A stretch of 25,594 nucleotides of DNA, from the NCBI GenBank assembly GCA_045863855.1, contig BTVV01000088.1, forward strand, positions 1 through 25,594. Reading direction: 5' to 3'. Shown piece after piece: positions 1 through 6,976 of the stretch (position 1 is the first letter of the stretch; every line of letters begins with the position of its first letter). Origin of the DNA: Planctomycetota bacterium (lineage in GTDB: Bacteria > Planctomycetota > SZUA-567 > H5-PLA8). Below the pieces are notes generated by a model. That model ran no database searches and was not told the origin of the DNA. It was given only the letters and a program-made list of their open reading frames with translations. The position numbers and the translations under genes are program-made.

Positions 1-118
1 GGCTCCAGAGCGTCGTCCAGGTGTTACCGCGTGCGTCTATGCGGTCCTTGCGGCGCTTGTCGAGCCAGTAGGTGAATGGCTGGGTGGGAGCGGATTGGCT
101 CTTGAGGTCCAAGGGCTC
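1..118 (-). pseudogene. Rhs/YD-repeat fragment running off the left window edge
   Basis: The minus-strand translation reads EPLDLKSQSAPTQPFTYWLDKRRKDRIDARGNTWTTLWS. FTY…RxxxxDARGNT matches the Rhs/YD repeat pattern. It lies downstream of, and co-oriented with, the Rhs toxin-immunity module. It is truncated by the window, so it could be part of a longer ORF. Confidence 0.5.
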
Positions 119-120
119 TG

Positions 121-380
121 GGCTTCGTACGCGAATCCACCGAGTACGCCTACGACTCCGCTGGTCGCGGGTTCAAAAGAGGCGGGTTCCTTCGCGAGCG
201 CCACCATGTGGGGATCTTACCATACCGGCCGTCCCTGCGCCTGTGCTCGGGGCTTGGGCGCCACACTCCACAGGCTCATGGGACGGGCTACACCTATACC
301 GATCCGCCCCTATGCGTACGACACGCTCCTGGCGGGTGCGGGACCAGTTCGACGAGGACGGCTGGCACGAGGAGATTCGC
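121..380 (+). pseudogene. degenerate Rhs/YD-repeat remnants in the opposite orientation
   Basis: Plus-strand pieces in different frames read STEYAYDSAGR (136-168), GYTYTD (286-303) and YAYDTL (311-328). A frameshift then gives RVRDQFDEDG. No continuous ORF joins them. Confidence 0.4.
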
Positions 381-476
381 GGCCGCTTCCCGAACAGCCA
401 CGAGCGGATGCTGGAGGATTAACGCGCGCGGCGGGGACGGTCTCGGCTGTCCGTCCTCCGCTTGCGGCGCTACGGC

Positions 477-701
477 CTATTCGACGGCCCCTTCATCCCC
501 TGATCCGCCACGCGACGAGTTTTTGCGTAGGACGCGGTTCCTAATAAATGCATTCCAATAACACACTGCTTCTATGTGCTGCGTTCTAGTTAAAAGAACT
601 CTATTTTGAGGGTCGTGAGGATTCCCCCCTATGATTATTGGTGTTATTTCAAAGATTTCAAAGCCACGACTATTGGGAGGTCGAGCTGCTTTAGCGTTCA
701 T
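477..701 (-). CDS. small protein resembling the upstream HNH-like toxin core, with His replaced by Phe
   Basis: The ATG is 7 nt after the SMI1 stop, in the same low-GC block. RGFEIFEITPIIIGGNPHDPQNRVLLTRTQH…YWN aligns with the toxin's RGWEVHEIQPVKWGGSPTDIGNKMPLPPYYH…WWN. Confidence 0.75.
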   Translation of the reverse strand: MNAKAARPPNSRGFEIFEITPIIIGGNPHDPQNRVLLTRTQHIEAVCYWNAFIRNRVLRKNSSRGGSGDEGAVE

Positions 702-708
702 TTTTTTG

Positions 709-1113
709 TCATTTTGATGCCAGACCGACCAAGAAATCTAGGAAGGTTCCCCCTACCTTTCGCACATGATCGAGCCCCATCCCTACAAAAGGCACGCTAA
801 CGAAAGTAGGGGGTTCGGTGCGCAAATCCAACGCATAGGCTTCACCTCCTCCGCTGGACCCAATCAGAAATAATCCTGGTGCATACTCATCTACTTTGTA
901 GTCACGATTAAACTCCAATAGTTCATGTGCGCTCCAGAACATTACATATGACTTCCCTATGAAGCCCTCACCACCATCTGTATACAAAAGGAACTCAAGA
1001 TATTCCGACGGCAGACCCCGTCCTAAACCCTCTTGAACCCTATCAATTTCTTCCTTAGATGCATTCCCAACACTTGAAAAATCAGTAAGCAATTCTGGCA
1101 ATGAAGCCGCCAT
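709..1113 (-). CDS. SMI1/KNR4 (SUKH superfamily) immunity protein
   Basis: Typical SUKH pattern: ASKEEIDRVQEGLGRGLPSEYLEFLLYTDGGEG…FLIGSSGGGEAYALD…GTFLDFL. Its start overlaps the toxin stop (TAATG). Confidence 0.93.
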   Translation of the reverse strand: MAASLPELLTDFSSVGNASKEEIDRVQEGLGRGLPSEYLEFLLYTDGGEGFIGKSYVMFWSAHELLEFNRDYKVDEYAPGLFLIGSSGGGEAYALDLRTEPPTFVSVPFVGMGLDHVRKVGGTFLDFLVGLASK

Positions 1114-2450
1114 TACCCACCTCCGTGAGGCAAGGTAAGCCTCTCAATTTCCTTTTGAATGTTATTCCACCAAGGTGTGACTTCGGATCTATGGTAATAG
1201 GGAGGAAGTGGCATTTTGTTTCCAATGTCTGTGGGACTTCCGCCCCACTTAACAGGTTGAATTTCATGCACCTCCCAGCCTCGCAACCCTGGATTTTCTG
1301 CCCGTAGAGATGCATTCGCAGCATTAGCAGAATCACGGGCCGCTTCATATTCCGCTCCCTGCAAGAGCTTAAACGGACCTTGTGGTCGAGGCAAGTAGCT
1401 TGGATACCCTTGCCATCCAAGTTCCGTAATGGAAAATGCGCCTTCAGAGATAGATGGTGCGGACTCTCTAGCGGTTAGCCTTTTCCACGCAGCCTTATAT
1501 GCCTCAACACTTTCAAACCCTACGGGAGGGCCTGTACGAACAGCTGCGCTTTCTAGCTTGGCTGCCCAATTGATCCCAATACCCTCATAGCCATTTCTAA
1601 GTCCTGAAACTGAGAGTGCTCCGCCAATTCCTGCTCGACCAGTATTTAGAATTGTCCGAACAGCTCTCTCTCCACCTGTAAGCCTTCCTCGGTCGTACTG
1701 ACCTAGATTGTATACATCCTCCCCTTCCAATGCCCCAATGGACAGGGTGTTAAAAAAGGAGTAGGCGGCCACATTGGGGCCGTAGTACCACTTTCCCTGC
1801 CTTTCCTGCTCCCGAATTGCACCAAGCCACCGTCCCGAATCCTTGTTTTCGACATCAGCGATCTGAGCGATTTGCTCGGCGCTGTACTCGGCGTGTCGTT
1901 CCGCCCTTCGTAGGAGCAATCGAGTCTGGACAACTCTTGTTATCTCATTAAGCCGAGTTTCTGAGTGGGGAGAACTCAATGCCGCGCGGCCAAACTCTCC
2001 CCACATGACGAGGTTATGCAGCTGATCGATCCCTTTATCATCAGCTATAAAGTCACCACCTAGTCCACCAAAGATTTCATATCTTCCCTTACCGACATGC
2101 CGTCCAATCGGAATCCGTCGAAGCACTTTGCCTGCGTATCCTTCACCGTCAGTCACCACCCAGTAGATTGCATCTTGGTCTCCCGTAGGGTCATTGCGAT
2201 TACCATAATCAATGTAGTCCAACCCCATCGGATCCCACCGATTAACCGGATCGCTGCCCGCGTAGTTGTACGTGTTCAGCCCGCCGGAGTACCCGATCGG
2301 GTCCCACGAGGTGAAGCGGCCTATGCCGGGTGAGTAGTAGCGATTGCGCAGGTAGACTTGGCCGGCGCCTTCATCGTGGAGTTGCCCGCGGTGGCCCGGC
2401 GCAGCCGAAGGTAGGGCCCACCCCGCCCACCGTGATGCTCGACTGACGGT
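1113..2450 (-). CDS. orphan Rhs core-end plus C-terminal HNH-like nuclease toxin (5'-truncated; first ATG at 2228)
   Basis: The frame is open from the TGA at 2451-2453. It encodes GHRGQLHDEGAGQVYLRNRYYSPGIGRFTSWDPIGYSGGLNTYNYAGSDPVNRWDPMGL, the Rhs-associated core with its DPxGL motif. A ~370-aa low-GC tip follows, ending in VHEIQPVKWGGSPTDIGNK…H…WWN. An SMI1/KNR4 gene comes next. Confidence 0.88.
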   Translation of the reverse strand, partial: TVSRASRWAGWALPSAAPGHRGQLHDEGAGQVYLRNRYYSPGIGRFTSWDPIGYSGGLNTYNYAGSDPVNRWDPMGLDYIDYGNRNDPTGDQDAIYWVVTDGEGYAGKVLRRIPIGRHVGKGRYEIFGGLGGDFIADDKGIDQLHNLVMWGEFGRAALSSPHSETRLNEITRVVQTRLLLRRAERHAEYSAEQIAQIADVENKDSGRWLGAIREQERQGKWYYGPNVAAYSFFNTLSIGALEGEDVYNLGQYDRGRLTGGERAVRTILNTGRAGIGGALSVSGLRNGYEGIGINWAAKLESAAVRTGPPVGFESVEAYKAAWKRLTARESAPSISEGAFSITELGWQGYPSYLPRPQGPFKLLQGAEYEAARDSANAANASLRAENPGLRGWEVHEIQPVKWGGSPTDIGNKMPLPPYYHRSEVTPWWNNIQKEIERLTLPHGGG

Positions 2451-2478
2451 TCAGCCGGTCGTAATCGAAGCTCGTGAC
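2428..2478 (-). pseudogene. out-of-frame YD repeat remnant upstream of the Rhs core-end
   Basis: Reads VTSFDYDRLNRQSSITV in a different frame from the core-end. That frame is bounded upstream by a TGA at 2542-2544. Confidence 0.6.
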
Positions 2479-2540
2479 GTTAGGCCGGTTGGACGTCAGG
2501 GCAGGCGCCGCGACGTTTGCTCCACGGTCTCTGTGCCCGC

Positions 2541-2568
2541 TTCACTTTCCTTCCCGCCTCTTTAGAAT
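2541..2568 (+). promoter_or_regulatory. candidate sigma70 promoter for the two-component operon
   Basis: TTCACT-16 nt-TAGAAT, about 35 nt upstream of the GTG start at 2605. Confidence 0.35.
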
Positions 2569-2604
2569 ATCCTGTGACGGTCTACTTGCTTGAGGACCGT
2601 CACC

Positions 2605-3003
2605 GTGAGCGTGCCCGAACTCATACGCATTCTGTACGTCGAAGACGAACCCGATATCCGCCTGGTCACTGCCATGGCCCTCGAAAAAGTCGCCAAATTC
2701 ACCCTCAAATCCTGCTCTTCGGGCGCGGAAGCCCTTGCCGCCGCGTCGGACTTTGCGCCCCAGCTCCTGATCCTCGATGTGATGATGCCGGCCCTCGACG
2801 GTCCCGCGACCCTCGCCAAGCTGCGCGAACGGCCCGCCACCGCCGATACGCCCGCCATCTTCCTTACCGCCAAATCCCAGGCCCACGAGATCCGGCGGTA
2901 CCTGGACCTTGGCGCCATCGAGGTCATCGTCAAGCCTTACGAGCCCATGACCCTCGGCACGCGCGTGCGCGAGATCTGGGCGCGCTACCACGGACAGGTG
3001 TAG
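2605..3003 (+). CDS. single-domain response regulator (CheY-like receiver)
   Basis: ILYVEDEPDI…LILDVMMPALDG…FLTAK…VKPY carries all the conserved REC residues. A GAGGA RBS precedes the GTG at 2605; the ORF track start at 2590 is probably too long. Confidence 0.93.
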   Translation: MSVPELIRILYVEDEPDIRLVTAMALEKVAKFTLKSCSSGAEALAAASDFAPQLLILDVMMPALDGPATLAKLRERPATADTPAIFLTAKSQAHEIRRYLDLGAIEVIVKPYEPMTLGTRVREIWARYHGQV

Positions 3004-3015
3004 CGGCCCGGACCC

Positions 3016-6000
3016 ATGAGCGTACCGCCGCCCACCAGCCACCTGCGCCACCAGCTACAGGCCGCCGCCGCGCCTCCCGCGCCCGCGCGCCGGCCCATCC
3101 TCTACCCGCTCTTGCTCATCGCCGCCGGTGTCGCCGTCTCCGCCGTGGCCTGGTGGTTGATCCGCGAAGACCAACACGATTTGATTCAATCGCGCTTCGA
3201 ACTGGAAGCCCGCGAGCGCGTCCTCAACATCGAGCGCGAACTGGAAGTGGACATGGGCGCGCTGGAGGCGCTGCGCGCGTTTTACGCGGGTTCGCAAAGC
3301 GTCGAGCGGGACGAGTTTAAAGCCTTCTGCGAGGTGCTGCTAAAGAGGTACCGCGGCCTGCGCGCCCTGGAATGGGTGCCGCGCGTCGAACCGGAACACC
3401 GGGCGGCGTTCGAAGCTCAAATGCGCCGGGACGGCCTGCCCGAGTTCGCGATTCAAACCATTGGAGCGGACGGCAAGAGCAGGGTTTCCGTGCCGGAAGG
3501 TAGAGTGACCTACCCGATCGCCTTTGCCGAGCCCGCGCCCGAGAACGCGGGCGTCCTGGGCGTGAGTTTCGACTTCGAAGCCATTCGCCGCGCCACCTTG
3601 GAAGCGGCCCGCGACGAAGGCCGGATCGTCGTATCCGGCCTGACCCATCTCATTCAGGACACCGACGCCAACCCCGCTTTCGTCGCCGTCCAGCCTGTTT
3701 ACCGGAACGGAACATCGACCGCGACGGTGGAGGAACGGCGTGCGAACTTGGCCGGGTTCCTGGTAGGCGCCTTCGAGTTCCAAAGTTTGTTCGAGCAGGC
3801 CTTGGTGCCTTTAAGCATCGTCGGCATCGACTTGAAACTTTTTGAAGGAGGTCCCGGCGGAAATGGGCAGTTGCTCTTCGATCGCCCTTCGCGCAAGCAA
3901 TCTCCCCGCAGTTCCACCCCCGCGCCGGAAAGCCTCGAATTCTGGTCCGCGCTCGAAGTGCCCGGCCGTACGTGGAGTATCCGCGCCAGTCCTTCCCCGG
4001 CGTATACGGTCGAAATTAACCCTTGGCTGTCTTGGATTACGCTGCTCATCGGACTGGTCCTGACCGGCTTGGTGGCCGGACTGCTCGAAAGCCAGTTGAC
4101 CCGCGCCCGCGAAATCGAGGCCCAGGTTCAGGAACGTTCCCGCGAACTGCGCCGCGTCAACGCCGACCTCCAGGCCATCCTCGATTCGCCCACCTACACC
4201 TGCATCACCGCCACCGATGCGCAGGGCCGCTTCACTTTTTGGAACAAGGGGGGCGAACGGCTCTTCGGGTACGCCGCCTCCGAACTGGTGGGGAAGGAAA
4301 GCCTCCTCAAGCTCTTCGCCCCGGCGGAATTGTCCGCGCGCTCCAAGGACCTTTCCGGGCGCATGAAGCGCTCCGTCGAAGGGCTGGAAGTCTTAACCCT
4401 CCTGGCCGAAACCGGCGTCGTCGACGAACGCGAATGGACCTTCGTGCGCAAGGACGGCCGAGCGTGCTACGTGAACTTGGCGATCTCCGCGATCTTCGGC
4501 GAGTCCGGCGAGCTCACCGGCTACCTCGGCGTCGCCCGCGACGTCACGCGCCAGAAACTGGCCGAAGATGCGTTGCGCGAAAGCGAACGCCGCTTGGCCA
4601 TGGCCATGGAAGGCGCGCGCCTGGCCAGCTTCGACGCCGACGCGGTCGCGCGAAAAGTAAATTCCACGCCCGGGCTGGGGCGCATGCTGGGCTACGCCCA
4701 CGACGACATCTTCCCCGACTTCGACGCCTGGGCCGCCGGCACGCACCCCGACGATTTCCCGGCCGCGCAGCGCCAGTTCGCCGCGCTCCTGGCCGGCGAA
4801 GAACCGTACTTCCAGATCGAACAGCGCTACCGCACCCAGACCGGCGGCTGGAAATGGCTGGCCGCGCGCGGCTCCGTTGTCGAACGCGACTCCGCCGGAC
4901 GGCCCCGGCGCGTGGCCGGCACCTTTCAGGATATCGACGACCGCAAACGCGCCGAGCGGCTCAAGGACGAGTTTGTCTCCGTCGTCAGCCACGAACTGCG
5001 CACGCCGCTCACCGCGATCCGCGGCTCTTTGGGGCTTTTGGACGGCGGAGCCGCCGGCGCGCTCCCCGCCGAAGCCGCCCAGATGCTCCAACTGGCCTTG
5101 CGCAACACCGAACGCCTCGCGCGGCTCATCAACGATATTCTCGACAGCGAACGCATCGAGGCCGGCAAGATCGTCTTCGACCTGCGGCCCGTCGACCTCG
5201 GCAGCCTCATCGCCCAGGCCCTCGAACAGAACCGGCCGTTCGCGCAGCAGTTCGACGTGCGCCTGGAAGGGCGCGACCTGGAGCGCGTGCCGGTCGTGCA
5301 GGCCGACGCCGAACGCCTCATTCAGGTGCTCACCAACCTGATCTCCAACGCGGTCAAGTATTCGCCTTCCGGGCAGGCGGTGGAAGTCGCCGTAAGTGTC
5401 GACGGCGCCAAGGCCCGGGTTTCCGTCGCCGACCGCGGACCGGGCATCCCGGAGGAATTCCGCGCGCGCATCTTCGAACGCTTCAGCCAGGCCGACGCCA
5501 CCACGACGCGCAAGCAGGCCGGTTCGGGGCTGGGCCTGGCCATCAGCAAAGCGATCGTCGAACGCATGGGCGGGCGCATCGGCTTCGATTCCGAACCCGG
5601 CGTGCGCACGGCCTTCTGGTTCGAACTCCCCGTCGTCGCCGATCTTCCCAAGCTCTCGCTGGCCCCCTCCGAAGGCACGCTGCGAGGCAGGCGCATCCTG
5701 GTCTGCGAGGACGACACCGACGTCGCCTCGCTCTTGCGCCTCGTCTTCGAACGCGAAGGCGCCGCCGTGGACGTCTGCCGCAGCACCGCCGAAGCGCGCA
5801 CCTTGCTCGAAAGCCAGACCTACGACGCCCTCTCGCTGGACCTGATCCTGCCCGGGGAAGACGGGACGCAGCTCTTCGAAGAGCTGCGCGCCCATCCGCG
5901 CACGCGCGAACTGCCGGTGGTGGTCGTCAGCGGCGTGGCCGACGAGCGCCGCAAGGTGCTCAACGGCGGCGCCGTCGGCGTGCTGGATTGGATCAAAAAG

Positions 6001-6414
6001 CCCATCGATACGCGCCGCCTGATCGATGCGGTCCGGCGCGCCGTGCGCCCCGACGGCCACGTAGGCCCCTGGCGCGTGCTTTACGTCGAAGACGAACCCG
6101 AACTGATCTCCCTGGTCGCCAGCCTGCTCAACAAAACCGCCTCCGTCGTGCCGGCCAAGACCGTCGCCGAAGCCCGCCGCCTGCTCAAGGAATCCTCCTA
6201 CGACCTCCTCCTGCTCGACGTGGGGCTCCCCGACGGCTCCGGGCTCGACCTGCTGGGTGACTTGCCCCATACCCCCAACCGCGCCGTGCCCGTCCTGGTC
6301 TTCACCGCCAACGAACTGACCGCCGACCGTGCGCGACAAGTCAGCGCTGCTCTGATTAAGTCCAAGACCTCCCACGAAGACCTGCTGGCCACCATCACCC
6401 GCCTGCTGAAATAA
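3016..6414 (+). CDS. hybrid sensor histidine kinase: TM-CHASE-TM-PAS-PAS-HisKA-HATPase-REC-REC
   Basis: CHASE motifs (EFKAF…ALEWVPRV…YPIAFAEP…RRATLEAARDEG) lie between two TM segments. PAS/PAC motifs include WNKGGERLFGY, RKDG and HPDD. Kinase motifs are the H-box SHELRTPL, NLISNAVKY, DRGPGI and GSGLGLAI. Two receivers follow (LSLDLILP, LLLDVGLP). Confidence 0.95.
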   Translation: MSVPPPTSHLRHQLQAAAAPPAPARRPILYPLLLIAAGVAVSAVAWWLIREDQHDLIQSRFELEARERVLNIERELEVDMGALEALRAFYAGSQSVERDEFKAFCEVLLKRYRGLRALEWVPRVEPEHRAAFEAQMRRDGLPEFAIQTIGADGKSRVSVPEGRVTYPIAFAEPAPENAGVLGVSFDFEAIRRATLEAARDEGRIVVSGLTHLIQDTDANPAFVAVQPVYRNGTSTATVEERRANLAGFLVGAFEFQSLFEQALVPLSIVGIDLKLFEGGPGGNGQLLFDRPSRKQSPRSSTPAPESLEFWSALEVPGRTWSIRASPSPAYTVEINPWLSWITLLIGLVLTGLVAGLLESQLTRAREIEAQVQERSRELRRVNADLQAILDSPTYTCITATDAQGRFTFWNKGGERLFGYAASELVGKESLLKLFAPAELSARSKDLSGRMKRSVEGLEVLTLLAETGVVDEREWTFVRKDGRACYVNLAISAIFGESGELTGYLGVARDVTRQKLAEDALRESERRLAMAMEGARLASFDADAVARKVNSTPGLGRMLGYAHDDIFPDFDAWAAGTHPDDFPAAQRQFAALLAGEEPYFQIEQRYRTQTGGWKWLAARGSVVERDSAGRPRRVAGTFQDIDDRKRAERLKDEFVSVVSHELRTPLTAIRGSLGLLDGGAAGALPAEAAQMLQLALRNTERLARLINDILDSERIEAGKIVFDLRPVDLGSLIAQALEQNRPFAQQFDVRLEGRDLERVPVVQADAERLIQVLTNLISNAVKYSPSGQAVEVAVSVDGAKARVSVADRGPGIPEEFRARIFERFSQADATTTRKQAGSGLGLAISKAIVERMGGRIGFDSEPGVRTAFWFELPVVADLPKLSLAPSEGTLRGRRILVCEDDTDVASLLRLVFEREGAAVDVCRSTAEARTLLESQTYDALSLDLILPGEDGTQLFEELRAHPRTRELPVVVVSGVADERRKVLNGGAVGVLDWIKKPIDTRRLIDAVRRAVRPDGHVGPWRVLYVEDEPELISLVASLLNKTASVVPAKTVAEARRLLKESSYDLLLLDVGLPDGSGLDLLGDLPHTPNRAVPVLVFTANELTADRARQVSAALIKSKTSHEDLLATITRLLK

Positions 6415-6492
6415 AAAAGGCTCCTCAACCGGATAGCGGCGCGGCGTGGCGCCTTGGAAAGCCCGCCGCCCGACCCATCCGATCAAGGAGCC
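6413..6492 (-). terminator. long hairpin plus U6 tract downstream of the TM2 gene
   Basis: On the minus strand, GGCTCCTTGATCGGAT…ATCCGGTTGAGGAGCC is followed by TTTTTT. The 16-bp basal stem includes G-U pairs. Confidence 0.6.
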
Positions 6493-6496
6493 CAAC

Positions 6497-6748
6497 CTAA
6501 AGCCACGAACGGCTGCCTGTTACATACGTGCGCTCGTATTCGGCATCGGTCATCTTCAAATACCGCACGCCTTCCACGATCCCCACCACCCAGCCCAATC
6601 CAAAGAAGCACGACAACAACACATGCACCAACCCTGGAATCAGCCGCGCCATGTAAAATTTGTGCACGCCCAGCCCACCCAATCCCAACGCCAAAATCGC
6701 CGCCGGTACGCGCCGGTGAGGATGATTTCGAGACATCAGCATGGCCAT
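6497..6748 (-). CDS. TM2 domain small membrane protein
   Basis: RVPAAILALGLGGLGVHKFYM…GWVVGIVEGVRYLKMTDAEYERTYV…W is the typical TM2 signature. Confidence 0.88.
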   Translation of the reverse strand: MAMLMSRNHPHRRVPAAILALGLGGLGVHKFYMARLIPGLVHVLLSCFFGLGWVVGIVEGVRYLKMTDAEYERTYVTGSRSWL

Positions 6749-6976
6749 CCCCAGTTACCTTTCATCACGGTCTTCCCTTTTCGTTTGCCCTCAAGTGCAC
6801 ACAGGGTGCCAAACTCGAATGTCTCCTTTACAGGGGCGCTTAGGTGTGCCAAATGAAGGCAGGGTAACGGGTAAGGGAGATGAAAAAGGCTGCCGCTTGA
6901 TCTTCCCAGATTGATAGTTCGGATGCGCTACCCGCAGCGTATAGAGTTACCTAATTAGGAACGTTAGGGGATCGCC

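Noticed and set aside
72..561. Plus-strand ORFs 72-422, 95-544 and 208-561
   Set aside because: They overlap each other and none reads as a coherent protein. Each holds only short YD-like scraps, so they are treated as remnants.
698..712. A7 run with an overlapping mini-ORF (ATG ACA AAA AAA TGA) between SMI1 and the small gene, as a possible phase-variation or frameshift switch
   Set aside because: The small gene has its own ATG at 701, so a length change would only alter a few N-terminal residues. An A7 run is unremarkable in AT-rich DNA.
4023..6495. Very long alternative ORFs (4023-6260 +, 4393-6495 -)
   Set aside because: These are shadow frames of the GC-rich kinase gene: Arg/Pro-rich or antisense, with no motifs.
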